Counted from the first letter of the stretch, positions 1 to 9,119 are shown. The stretch: 64,000 nt of DNA from Gemmatimonadota bacterium (GCA_031372565.1 JANMLN010000055.1:1-64000), one strand, 5' to 3'. Notes: generated by a model from the sequence alone, not told the origin. Numbers and translations: made by a program.

Positions 1-4
1 TGCC

Positions 5-111
5 GTCGTCGTGAGAGAAGCGAAGGGTGTCTCTCCGGTCGTCCTGAGCGAAGCGAAGGACCTGCTTTTTGGTTCGTCCGAACGCAACTCCTTCGCTTCG
101 CTCAGGATGAC
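5..111. repeat. REP-like palindromic element: inverted pair of 23-bp arms plus a degenerate third copy
   Basis: GTCGTCCTGAGCGAAGCGAAGGA (38-60) pairs with TCCTTCGCTTCGCTCAGGATGAC (89-111) with 1 mismatch; degenerate copy GTCGTCGTGAGAGAAGCGAAGGG at 5-27; lies next to the stop codon of the Fe-S carrier gene. Confidence 0.9.
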
Positions 112-112
112 A

Positions 113-469
113 CTAGGCCGAGAACGACGACCCGCAGCCGCAGCCGCCGGTCGCGCTCGGATTCTTGAATGTGAATCCGGACCCCTGCATCGAGGTCACG
201 TAGTCGATCTGGATGCCACCGATGTACTGCGCCGAGAACGGATCGACGAGCACCTTGAACCCGGGCTGCTCGATCACCATGTCGTCGTCAGCTGCGGCGT
301 CTTCGATGAGCAGGCTGTACTTGAAGCCCGAACAACCACCGGGCTGCACGGAGACGCGCAATCCACCCTTCTCGGGCAGGACATTCTCGGCGGCCATGAA
401 CTTCATGACTTCAGTGCAAGCGGCCGGGCTCATCGAAAGGATGACCTCGGGCTGGTTCATCGTGCTCAT
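113..469 (-). CDS. A-type iron-sulfur cluster carrier (HesB/IscA/ErpA family)
   Basis: GGCSGFKY and C-terminal GCGCGSSF motifs; start set at MSTMNQ with GGAG RBS upstream. Confidence 0.93.
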   Translation of the reverse strand: MSTMNQPEVILSMSPAACTEVMKFMAAENVLPEKGGLRVSVQPGGCSGFKYSLLIEDAAADDDMVIEQPGFKVLVDPFSAQYIGGIQIDYVTSMQGSGFTFKNPSATGGCGCGSSFSA

Positions 470-623
470 AGTGTGTTTTCTCCGTAACCGGGTTCTGGGC
501 TGTACGACCCGAGGGACTACTTGCAATATGGGCACCCGACCGTCGCACTTCAAGCCGTGCTGGAGATAACTTGTGACAGCCACACGACTTGAACACGGTT
601 CGGGTCTCAACCTCAGACACCAC

Positions 624-1907
624 ATGCACATCCGAGTTCCCCTCATGCGGGCCGCCGTTCTCCTCACAGCCGCCGTCCTCGTTGCGCCGGTGCCCGCGTG
701 GGCACAGCGCGCCACGGTTCGGCCGGGCATCTCGGTCCTCATGAGCGATTCGCTGCACCTGATTCGGGGCAAGCGGGTGGCGCTGCTGACGAACCAGAGC
801 GGCATTGACGAACGAGGCGTGTCGGACATCGATCGGTTGGTCGATGCGACGGCGAAGGCGGCGGGGGTGCAGTTGGTGGCGCTCTTCGCCCCGGAGCACG
901 GGATCCGGGGCACGGAGGACCGCACCAACCTCGCTTCCGAGATGGACGCCAAGACTGGTGTCGTCATCCACTCGCTGTATGGGCGCACCACCACCGCGCC
1001 GCCCGATTCGACGCTGCGGGGCGTCGACGTGCTGCTCATCGACCTGCAGGATCTCGGGGCCCGCCCCTGGACCTATCCCGCCTCGATGCTGTACACGCTG
1101 CGCGCCGCGTCGCGGAACCGGATTCCTGTCCTGCTGCTCGACCGGCCAAATCCGATCGGTGGCATGATCGTGGAGGGACCCATGGTCGACTCGGCGCTGA
1201 CCAACGCCGAGGACGACACCCCGCAGCGACACGCGCAGCCGACGTCGATTTTTCCCATCCCGCTGCGTCATGGGCTGACGCTCGGCGAGCAGGCGCGCTT
1301 CTACAACGCGGCGCTGGGCCTCGGAGCACAGCTGACGGTGATTCCCGCGAGTGGATGGACGCGCGAACGGTGGTTCGACGCAACGGGCCTGCCGTGGGTG
1401 CGTCCGAGTCCCAACATGCCGTCGATCACGAGCGCGGCGTTCTACGCGGGGATGGTGATTCTCGAGCCGACGAACCTCTCGGTGGGGCGGGGGACGGACT
1501 CGTCCTTTCAGCACTTCGGCGCGCCGTGGTTGAACGCCAATGCGGTGCTGGCGCGCCTGACGGCGATGGGCCTCCCCGGGGTCACCTTTCGCGAAATGTC
1601 GTTCACGCCGCTCAAGCCCGGCGACAGCAAGTACGGCGGGCGCCGCTGCGAGGGAATCGGCATGCGCATCACCGACCGCCGCGCTTTTCGCTCGACGCTC
1701 ACGGCGGCCGCCATCATCTGGGCGGTAAGCCGCGAGCATCCGAAGCAGCTGACCGTGCAGGCCGTCGGGTTCGACCGGACGTTTGGCGGTCCGGGGCTCC
1801 GCGACGCACTGCTGGCGGGTGACCTCCCCGGTGAGGTGCTGGCCCGGCACGATGCGCGGGTGGCGGCGTTTCAGGGCCGCGTCGCGCCTTTCTTGTTGTA
1901 TCGCTAG
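624..1907 (+). CDS. DUF1343 / NamZ (YbbC)-like exo-beta-N-acetylmuramidase, exported
   Basis: Signal peptide; LLTNQSG, LFAPEHGIRG, DLQDLGAR, LDRPNP, RHGLTLGE, PSPNMP and SVGRGT motifs; start uncertain (624 or 645). Confidence 0.88.
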   Translation: MHIRVPLMRAAVLLTAAVLVAPVPAWAQRATVRPGISVLMSDSLHLIRGKRVALLTNQSGIDERGVSDIDRLVDATAKAAGVQLVALFAPEHGIRGTEDRTNLASEMDAKTGVVIHSLYGRTTTAPPDSTLRGVDVLLIDLQDLGARPWTYPASMLYTLRAASRNRIPVLLLDRPNPIGGMIVEGPMVDSALTNAEDDTPQRHAQPTSIFPIPLRHGLTLGEQARFYNAALGLGAQLTVIPASGWTRERWFDATGLPWVRPSPNMPSITSAAFYAGMVILEPTNLSVGRGTDSSFQHFGAPWLNANAVLARLTAMGLPGVTFREMSFTPLKPGDSKYGGRRCEGIGMRITDRRAFRSTLTAAAIIWAVSREHPKQLTVQAVGFDRTFGGPGLRDALLAGDLPGEVLARHDARVAAFQGRVAPFLLYR

Positions 1908-2001
1908 AACTTGAGCGGCTCCGGGTGGTAATTTATCCGGCTGGCCGCTCACGCTCGAACGCCGCGCCCGCCGGCGAACGTCCTCCATCCGAACGTCCGA
2001 C

Positions 2002-2709
2002 GTGCTCAACGCCCTCTGGCTCTGGATTCAGCGCTCCTATCTGCGGCTGATCGACCCGGTCGCTGACTGGCTCGTGGCGCGAAATGTGGCGCCCAACACC
2101 ATCACGCTCTTCGGGACCGGCTGTTCGGTTGTCGGCGGCATCATCTATGCCACCGGTCACATCAGCACGGCGGGGCTCTGGCTGGGCATCACGGCGCTCT
2201 TCGACGTGATTGACGGCATGGTGGCGCGCCGATCGGGGAAGTCCTCGACATTCGGCGCCTTCTTCGATTCGACGCTGGACCGTGTGGCCGACGGCGCGGT
2301 GATGGGCGGACTCGCCGTGTTCTACGCGAGCAGCGCGCGCCACCACTCGATCACCATGGTGATTGTCTGCATCGTGGCGATTCTCGGCGCCTTTCTGACC
2401 TCGTACACGCGAGCGCGTGCCGAGTCATTGGGCATCGACGCCAAGGTGGGCATGTTGCAGCGGCCCGAGCGCGTCACGCTGTTGGCGGCGCCGCAAGGGA
2501 TCTTCGGGCTCGCGCTCGACGGATGGGTGCTGCTGGCCATCGTCTGGCTGCTCGCGATCACGAGCTGGATCACGGTGTGGCAGCGCATGGCGTATGTGGC
2601 GCGGGTGACCGCGGCCGCGGACGCAACGGAACCGGGGCATTCCGCCCTCAAGCCGATGGACACGACCGTCGCAGAAGTCGCCGGTTCCAACCGGGAGGAA
2701 CGCGCATGA
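2002..2709 (+). CDS. CDP-alcohol phosphatidyltransferase, phosphatidylinositol-phosphate synthase-like
   Basis: DxxDGxxAR...GxxxDxxxD signature (DVIDGMVARRSGKSSTFGAFFDSTLD), SYTRARAE and RPER motifs, several TM helices; overlaps the start of the MIPS gene. Confidence 0.88.
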   Translation: MLNALWLWIQRSYLRLIDPVADWLVARNVAPNTITLFGTGCSVVGGIIYATGHISTAGLWLGITALFDVIDGMVARRSGKSSTFGAFFDSTLDRVADGAVMGGLAVFYASSARHHSITMVIVCIVAILGAFLTSYTRARAESLGIDAKVGMLQRPERVTLLAAPQGIFGLALDGWVLLAIVWLLAITSWITVWQRMAYVARVTAAADATEPGHSALKPMDTTVAEVAGSNREERA

Positions 2710-4025
2710 CGCCGACGTCGCCAGGCACGATCGCACCCGCCGAGGGCAAGCTCGGTGTGCTCATCCCGGGGCTGGGCGCGGTGGCCACCACCTTCATCGC
2801 CGGGGTCGAGGCGGTGCGACGCGGGCACGGAACGCCGATCGGCTCCCTCACGCAGATGGCGACCATTCGTCTGGGCCGCCGCAGCGAGAAGCGCTCGCCG
2901 TACATTCGCGATTTCGTGCCGCTGGCCACGCTCGATGACCTGGTGTTCGGGGCGTGGGACCCGATTCCCGACGATGCGATGACGGCCGCGCGCCATGCCG
3001 GCGTGCTCGATCCACGTGACCTGGATCCGATTGCCGACTTCTTGTCGGGCATCAAGCCGATGCCGGCGGTGTTCGACCCGACGTACGTGACGCGCATTCA
3101 CGGCACGAACGTGAAGACGGGAACCAGCAAGCGCGACCTCGCGGACCAGCTGCGTGCCGATATCCGGGCGTTCAAGGCGCAGCACGGCCTGTCGCGGTGC
3201 GTCATGGTCTGGTGTGGATCGACGGAGACCTTCCTCAAGCCGGGTCCGGTGCACGCATCGGTCGAGGCGTTCGAGGCGGGCATGGAGCGCAGCGACCCGA
3301 CGATCGCGCCGAGCATGTTGTACGCGTGGGCGGCGCTGATGGAGGGCGTTCCGTTTGCCAATGGCGCGCCGAACCTCACCGTCGACCTTCCGTGCATGCT
3401 CGAGCTGGCACAGCGCAACGGCGTGCCGATCTCGGGCAAGGACTTCAAGACCGGTCAGACGTGGATGAAGACCGTCATCGCGCCGGGGCTCAAGGCGCGC
3501 ATGCTCGGTCTCGAAGGATGGTATTCGACGAACATCCTCGGCAACCGCGACGGCGAAGTCCTCGATGATCCGCAGTCGTTCAAGACGAAGGAAGAGTCGA
3601 AGCTGTCGGTGCTGCACACGATCCTGCAGCCGGAGCTCTATCCCGAGTTGTACAAGGATTTCTCGCATGTGGTGCGGATCAACTACTACCCGCCACGTGG
3701 CGACAACAAGGAAGGGTGGGACAGCATCGACATCAAGGGCTGGCTCGGCTATCCCATGCAGATCAAGGTGAACTTCCTCTGCCGCGACTCGATTCTGGCC
3801 GCGCCGATCGTGCTCGATCTCGCGCTCTTCTCGGACTTCGCCCAGCGCGCCGGGCTCTCGGGCATGCAGGAGTGGCTGTCGTTCTATTACAAGAGCCCGA
3901 TGGCGCAGGCCGGTCTCCTGCCCGAGCACGATCTCTTCATCCAGCAGACCAAGCTGAAGAACACGCTCCGGCTCCTCATGGGCGAGGAGCAGGTCACCCA
4001 CGTCGGACTGGAGGATGGCGGATGA
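2706..4025 (+). CDS. ino1: myo-inositol-1-phosphate (inositol-3-phosphate) synthase
   Basis: GLGAVATT, ANGAPN, GKDFKTGQT, NILGNRDG, YYPPRGDNK and CRDSILAAP motifs; ATGA overlap with the upstream gene. Confidence 0.93.
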   Translation: MTPTSPGTIAPAEGKLGVLIPGLGAVATTFIAGVEAVRRGHGTPIGSLTQMATIRLGRRSEKRSPYIRDFVPLATLDDLVFGAWDPIPDDAMTAARHAGVLDPRDLDPIADFLSGIKPMPAVFDPTYVTRIHGTNVKTGTSKRDLADQLRADIRAFKAQHGLSRCVMVWCGSTETFLKPGPVHASVEAFEAGMERSDPTIAPSMLYAWAALMEGVPFANGAPNLTVDLPCMLELAQRNGVPISGKDFKTGQTWMKTVIAPGLKARMLGLEGWYSTNILGNRDGEVLDDPQSFKTKEESKLSVLHTILQPELYPELYKDFSHVVRINYYPPRGDNKEGWDSIDIKGWLGYPMQIKVNFLCRDSILAAPIVLDLALFSDFAQRAGLSGMQEWLSFYYKSPMAQAGLLPEHDLFIQQTKLKNTLRLLMGEEQVTHVGLEDGG

Positions 4026-4561
4026 GAGTCGTCCAGATCGCGGCGCAGCCCCTGCGTATGTCTGTCGTGCTGAGCGCAGCGAAGCACCTGCGCATGTCTG
4101 TCGTGCTGAGCGCAGCGAAGCACCTGCTTCTGCCGTTCCGTCGCTCAGCTCTGCTCCTCGCTCTCGTCGCGCTGACCGCCGTCGCCGCCTGCAAGCCCAC
4201 CGGCGACACGGACAAGAGCGACATTCGCGACTGGACCAAGGATCTGTCGTTCCGCATCTCCACCGAACCCAAGCCGCCCAAGGCGCGCGAGGACATCGTC
4301 TACAAGGTGGTCGTGCGCGACAAGGAAACCGGCAACCCGATCGAGGGGGGCGAGGGTCGCATCTTCGCCACGAGCCGCGATGGCGCGAACACCTGGGACG
4401 CGCTGATCGCCGGACCGGAGCCGGGCACGTATTACGGCAAGCTGCGTTACATCACCTCCGGCGACTGGGCGATCGCCATCCAGTTCCGTCGTGACTCGTT
4501 GCAGGCGCTGCAGCGCATCGACTGGATGCAGGGCGTCCGCCAATCCACGTCCGCCTTCTGA
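4022..4561 (+). CDS. Hypothetical lipoprotein with an Ig-like (YtkA/FixH-like) domain
   Basis: Hydrophobic stretch ending in lipobox VAAC; beta-rich domain with PGTYYG and GDWAI; N-terminus carries repeat-derived peptides. Confidence 0.65.
   Translation: MRVVQIAAQPLRMSVVLSAAKHLRMSVVLSAAKHLLLPFRRSALLLALVALTAVAACKPTGDTDKSDIRDWTKDLSFRISTEPKPPKAREDIVYKVVVRDKETGNPIEGGEGRIFATSRDGANTWDALIAGPEPGTYYGKLRYITSGDWAIAIQFRRDSLQALQRIDWMQGVRQSTSAF
4051..4130 (+). repeat. 36-bp tandem duplication of the palindromic repeat, in frame within a CDS
   Basis: CCTGCGYATGTCTGTCGTGCTGAGCGCAGCGAAGCA at 4051-4086 and 4087-4122, then CCTGCTTC; encodes LRMSVVLSAAKH twice. Confidence 0.9.
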
Positions 4562-4563
4562 CG

Positions 4564-4857
4564 ATGAAGCATTTCCATCGAACGACACTGCCGCCCGACG
4601 CCGCGCTCGCGATTGCCGACGCGTTCTTTCCCACGATCGGACTGAGCACGACCGCCACGGCCGCGCGAAGCCGCACCTTCACCGGCGAGATCGGGACGCT
4701 GACGCTCACGGTGCGCATGGAAGGTGGGCACTACACCTTTCTCGAAGCGCACACGGACCAGATGGGTGAGAGCCGGCTCGACCGCAACGTCAAGAAGTAC
4801 TTCGTGCAGGTGCACCGGGCGGCCGATCCGCGGCACCAGATCGAGGCGGCGTACTGA
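4564..4857 (+). CDS. Small hypothetical protein
   Basis: 97 aa, host-like codon usage, stop overlaps the E1-alpha start. Confidence 0.7.
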   Translation: MKHFHRTTLPPDAALAIADAFFPTIGLSTTATAARSRTFTGEIGTLTLTVRMEGGHYTFLEAHTDQMGESRLDRNVKKYFVQVHRAADPRHQIEAAY

Positions 4858-5996
4858 TGGCCACGCGTACGCCATCGGCCCGCACGCGTCCGGGCGGGGC
4901 CGACCTCGGTCCGCACGCCAGCGCGCTCTCGCGCGAGGAACGGCTCGAGCTCTACTACTGGATGCGGTTCACGCGGTCGCTCGAAGAGCGGCTGGTGAAC
5001 CTGTATCGGCAGACCAAGGTGGTCGGCGGCCTCTTCCGCTCGCTCGGACAGGAGGCCGATGCGGTCGGCTCCGCGTTTGCGCTCGAGCCGGGCGACATCC
5101 TGTCGCCGCTGATCCGGAACCTGGGGTCGATGCTCGTGAAGGGCGCGACGCCGGTCGAGATCCTCAAGCAGTACATGGCCAAGGGCGATTCGCCGACGCG
5201 GGGTCGCGAGCTCAACATCCACTTCGGCGACTTGGAGCGCGGGTTCGTGGGGCAGATCTCGCACCTGGGCGACATGGTGCCGGTCATGGCCGGCATCGCG
5301 CTGTCGTTCAAGCTGCGGCGCGAACCGCGTGTCGTGATGGTGTATGTCGGCGACGGCGCCACCTCGACGGGCGCGTTTCACGAAGGGATCAACTTCGCTG
5401 CCGTGCAGCGGGTCCCGATGGTCGTGATCGTGGAGAACAACGGGTACGCCTACTCCACGCCGACGTCCAAGCAGACGGCCGCCACCAGCTTCGCGGACAA
5501 GGGCATCGGCTACGGCATTCCCGGCGTGACGGCCGACGGCAACGACGTGCTCGCGACGTACGAGGTGACGCGCGAAGCGGTCAATCGGGCGCGCGCAGGC
5601 GGCGGTGTCACGCTCATCGAACTGATGACGTATCGCCGCAAGGGCCACGCCGAGCACGACAACCAGTCGTACGTGCCCGCGGGGTTGGGCGAGCGGTGGG
5701 CCGCGGAGAACGATCCGCTGGATCGCTACGTCGCGCGCCTGACAACCGCGCTTGGCTTCTCCGCGCAGGAGATCGCTGCGGTTGACGCGCGCGTGCAGGC
5801 CGAGATCGACGCGGCCACCGACGAAGCCGAGCGGTCCGGAGTCCCCGACGCGCTCGAGGCGCTCACCGGCATCTACGCCGATCCGCCCGCCGAGCAGCCG
5901 CTCTGGTTCCGCCAAGGCGTGAAGAACGCCGTGGACGCCCACGAGCGGCCGGAAGGATGGGGCGTCTACGACGCGACGAAGGGGGGCGCGAACTGA
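4857..5996 (+). CDS. 2-oxoacid dehydrogenase E1 alpha subunit (pyruvate or branched-chain)
   Basis: TPP-binding GDGATSTG...ENN motif; TYRRKGH. Confidence 0.92.
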   Translation: MATRTPSARTRPGGADLGPHASALSREERLELYYWMRFTRSLEERLVNLYRQTKVVGGLFRSLGQEADAVGSAFALEPGDILSPLIRNLGSMLVKGATPVEILKQYMAKGDSPTRGRELNIHFGDLERGFVGQISHLGDMVPVMAGIALSFKLRREPRVVMVYVGDGATSTGAFHEGINFAAVQRVPMVVIVENNGYAYSTPTSKQTAATSFADKGIGYGIPGVTADGNDVLATYEVTREAVNRARAGGGVTLIELMTYRRKGHAEHDNQSYVPAGLGERWAAENDPLDRYVARLTTALGFSAQEIAAVDARVQAEIDAATDEAERSGVPDALEALTGIYADPPAEQPLWFRQGVKNAVDAHERPEGWGVYDATKGGAN

Positions 5997-6970
5997 TGGC
6001 CGAGATCACGTACCTCGAAGCGATTCGCGAGGCGCTGCGCGAGGAGATGGTGCGCGACCCGAACGTCTTCCTGATGGGCGAGGACATCGGCGCGTTCGGT
6101 GGTGCCTTCAAGGTCACCGAGGGATTGCTCGAGCAGTTCGGCGAGGCCCGCGTGATCGACACGCCGATCAGCGAAGCCGGTTTCGTGGGCGCGGCCGCCG
6201 GCGCCGCCCACATGGGCATGCGTCCGGTCTGCGAGCTGCAGTTCATCGACTTCATCTCCTGCGCGTACGACATCCTCACCAACTACGTCGCCACGGCGCG
6301 CTACCGCGCCTTCCTCGGCTGCCCGATGGTGGTGCGCGGGCCGAGTGGCGGGTATGTGCGAGGCGGACCGTTCCACTCGCAGAACCCCGAAGCGGCGTTC
6401 GTGCATACGCCGGGCCTCAAGATCGTCTACCCGGCCACGGCGGAGGACGCCAAGGGGCTCATGAAGGCGGCCATTCGCGATGACGACTGCGTCCTCTTCT
6501 TCGAGCACAAGTACCTGTATCGCCGCATCAAGGGCGTGATGCCGGCGGGTGATCACGTCGTGCCGATCGGCAAGGCGCGCGTGGCGCGCGCCGGCACCGA
6601 CGTGTCGATCATCACGTACGCGGCCACGGTCTACAAGGCGCTCGAGGCCGCCGAGCTGCTGGCGGCGGAGGGGATCTCGGTCGAGGTCATCGATCTCCGC
6701 ACCTTGGCGCCACTGGACGACGAGGCCATCGTGTCGACGGTCAAGAAGACGCACAAGGTGCTCGTGTTGCACGAGGACACGCGCACCGGCGGCATCGCCG
6801 GCGAGATCACCGCGCGCATCAACGAGACCTGCTTCGAGTGGCTCGATGCGCCTGTGCTGCGCGTGACGGCGGCGGACGTGCCGCTGCCCTATGCGCCAAG
6901 CCTGGAGGACTACGTGCTGCCGCAAGTGGCCGATGTCCTCACGGCATGCCGGCGCCTTGCCGCGTACTAG
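5996..6970 (+). CDS. 2-oxoacid dehydrogenase E1 beta subunit
   Basis: MGEDIG, DTPISEAG, ELQFIDF, HSQ, FFEHK and IDLRTL motifs. Confidence 0.93.
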   Translation: MAEITYLEAIREALREEMVRDPNVFLMGEDIGAFGGAFKVTEGLLEQFGEARVIDTPISEAGFVGAAAGAAHMGMRPVCELQFIDFISCAYDILTNYVATARYRAFLGCPMVVRGPSGGYVRGGPFHSQNPEAAFVHTPGLKIVYPATAEDAKGLMKAAIRDDDCVLFFEHKYLYRRIKGVMPAGDHVVPIGKARVARAGTDVSIITYAATVYKALEAAELLAAEGISVEVIDLRTLAPLDDEAIVSTVKKTHKVLVLHEDTRTGGIAGEITARINETCFEWLDAPVLRVTAADVPLPYAPSLEDYVLPQVADVLTACRRLAAY

Positions 6971-6973
6971 TCC

Positions 6974-7255
6974 ATGACACCATCACCGCCGCCGCTCGAC
7001 CGCCGGGCACAGTACATTGGGGTAGGGTGTCTGACCACGGCTGGCGGCGCCTTCGGCGGCGCCATGATCGCCGTGCTGATCGCGAAGTTCATCGGCTTCC
7101 TGTCGCGGTGCGAACCGATCGAAGGGTTGCCGGCATGTAACTGGCATGTGTACGCGGGGTGGGGGGCGCTGATCGGCGTCGCCATTCTGCCGACGACGGC
7201 GCTCTGGCGCGTGCGACAGTCGCACGTGGCGGACGACGCCAAGACTGGAGACTGA
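6974..7255 (+). CDS. Small two-TM membrane protein
   Basis: Two hydrophobic helices flanking a loop with two Cys; tightly packed between E1-beta and E2. Confidence 0.65.
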   Translation: MTPSPPPLDRRAQYIGVGCLTTAGGAFGGAMIAVLIAKFIGFLSRCEPIEGLPACNWHVYAGWGALIGVAILPTTALWRVRQSHVADDAKTGD

Positions 7256-7257
7256 CT

Positions 7258-8586
7258 GTGGCGCGCGTTGATGTCATCATGCCCCAGATGGGGGAATCGA
7301 TTGCCGAAGGCACCCTGAGCAAGTGGGTGAAGAAGGTCGGCGACGAGGTGAAGCGGGACGAGACGATCTTCGAGATCTCGACCGACAAGGTGGACGCGGA
7401 GATCCCTTCGCCCTCCGCCGGGATTCTCGCCGAGATTCTGGTCCTGGAGGGGCAGACCGTTCCCGTCCAGACCCTCGTGGCTCGCATCGAGACGGAGAAG
7501 GGAGCGTTCGTCGCCGGCGGTGCGACTGCGCCCGCGCCGGCTGCGGCCACCCCAGCTGCGATTTCGTCCGCGCCTGCCGCGTCCGCACCAACGGCGGCGA
7601 CCGCGTCGGCTCCCGTCAGCAACGGCAATGCGCTCGAGGATCGGCTGCGCACCAAGTCGTCGCCGCTCGTTCGCAAGATCGCGGCGGAGCACGGCATCGA
7701 GATTGCCGCACTGTCGGGGAGCGGGATTGCGGGCCGCGTCACGCGAAAGGACATCCTGGCCGTCATCGAGAGCGGCACGGCCCCGAAGCCGGCGCCAGCA
7801 CCGGTCGGCGCGCCGGGTGCGAGCATGCATGCGCCCCATGGCACCGAACAGCACGGCCCGATGCCGACGCCGTGGGCGGGCGACGTCGTCGAGCCGATGT
7901 CGCGCATGCGCAAGCTCACGGCCGAGCACATGGGGCAGGCGCGCCGTGTCGCGGCGCACGTCACGTCGTTCTTCGAGATCGACCTCACCCGCGTCGCGCG
8001 CGTGCGCGGCAAGCTGAAGGCGGAGTTCGAGGCGACCACGGGCCAGAAGCTCACCTTCCTGCCCTTCATCATCTCGGCCGTGGTGCAGACGCTCAAGCGG
8101 CATCCGGTGCTCAACGCGTCGGTGGCGGGCGACTCGATCATTCTGCGCAAGCGCTACAACATCGGCATCGCCGTGGCCCTCGAGCCGACCGGGCTCATCG
8201 TGCCGGTGATCAAGAATGCCGAGGATCTGTCGCTCTCCGGCATCACCAAGGCGACCAACGATCTCGCGACCCGCGCACGCTCCAAGAAGCTCGCGCCTGC
8301 CGAGGTCACCGAGGCCACGTTCACGATCACCAATCCGGGGGTCTTCGGCTCGCTGATGGGCACGCCGATCATTCCGGTGGGCACGACCACGATTCTCGGC
8401 CTGGGCGCGATCGAGAAGCGGCCCAAGGTCATCACCGGACCCGATGGCGAGGACACGATCGCCATCCGGACCTGTGCGTACTTCTCCTGTTCGTTCGACC
8501 ACAAGGTGGTCGACGGCGCCGATGCGGACCGGTTCATGGCTGATCTCAAGAAGACGCTCGAGACCATCCCGGACACGGGGTTCTGA
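7258..8586 (+). CDS. Dihydrolipoamide acyltransferase (E2)
   Basis: Lipoyl domain STDKVD, E3-binding SPLVRK..GSGIAGRVTRKD, catalytic DHKVVDG; GTG start. Confidence 0.93.
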   Translation: MARVDVIMPQMGESIAEGTLSKWVKKVGDEVKRDETIFEISTDKVDAEIPSPSAGILAEILVLEGQTVPVQTLVARIETEKGAFVAGGATAPAPAAATPAAISSAPAASAPTAATASAPVSNGNALEDRLRTKSSPLVRKIAAEHGIEIAALSGSGIAGRVTRKDILAVIESGTAPKPAPAPVGAPGASMHAPHGTEQHGPMPTPWAGDVVEPMSRMRKLTAEHMGQARRVAAHVTSFFEIDLTRVARVRGKLKAEFEATTGQKLTFLPFIISAVVQTLKRHPVLNASVAGDSIILRKRYNIGIAVALEPTGLIVPVIKNAEDLSLSGITKATNDLATRARSKKLAPAEVTEATFTITNPGVFGSLMGTPIIPVGTTTILGLGAIEKRPKVITGPDGEDTIAIRTCAYFSCSFDHKVVDGADADRFMADLKKTLETIPDTGF

Positions 8587-8592
8587 TCCACG

Positions 8593-8853
8593 GTGCCTCG
8601 CGCGCTCACGATCGCGCATTCGAAGGTGGCGCCGCCGGAGCGGTCGCCGGTGATCGATCGCATGCGGGCCCGTCGTGCCGCGTACGAGGCGGCCGGTTGC
8701 CACTACTGGGTGTTCGAGAACCCGATGGCGCCGGGTGATTTCACGGAGTTCGCCGAGGCGGTCGACCCGACCGTCCTTGCGCGCGCGCACGCGCTCGTGA
8801 CCGACCCGCTCCCGGGTGCCACGCATATCATGAACGAAGTGGAGCTCTCCTGA
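8593..8853 (+). CDS. Small hypothetical protein, possibly a dimeric alpha+beta barrel
   Basis: 86 aa, coupled to the next gene; fold guessed from the sequence pattern only. Confidence 0.6.
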   Translation: MPRALTIAHSKVAPPERSPVIDRMRARRAAYEAAGCHYWVFENPMAPGDFTEFAEAVDPTVLARAHALVTDPLPGATHIMNEVELS

Positions 8854-9119
8854 TGCCCAGCCGTCACGTGATGATCAACGGGGCGACCTGGCAGGTGTAT
8901 CCGTCGGGATTCGTCACGCAGTCCGACCATGACGAGTTCGGTCTGTTGTTCGTGCGGGGGCCGGGGGCGCCCCACGAGGTGCGCATCACGCGGTACTCGC
9001 CACAGGGCGTGAATGCGCGCGAGCGGTCGCTCGCCGAACTGACGGACGCGCAGTTGGTGGTCCTGTTTGCGGCGTCACAGCCGTCCGCGTCGGCGCCGGA
9101 GACCGGGTACCGCTCGTGA
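8853..9119 (+). CDS. Small hypothetical protein
   Basis: 88 aa, TGATG and GTGA overlaps with both neighbours. Confidence 0.65.
   Translation: MPSRHVMINGATWQVYPSGFVTQSDHDEFGLLFVRGPGAPHEVRITRYSPQGVNARERSLAELTDAQLVVLFAASQPSASAPETGYRS

Noticed and set aside
11..487. ORFs containing VVLSEAKDL / SFASLRMT peptides (also 12497-13420 and 13215-13574)
   Set aside because: These are translations of the palindromic repeat overlapping real genes on the opposite strand.
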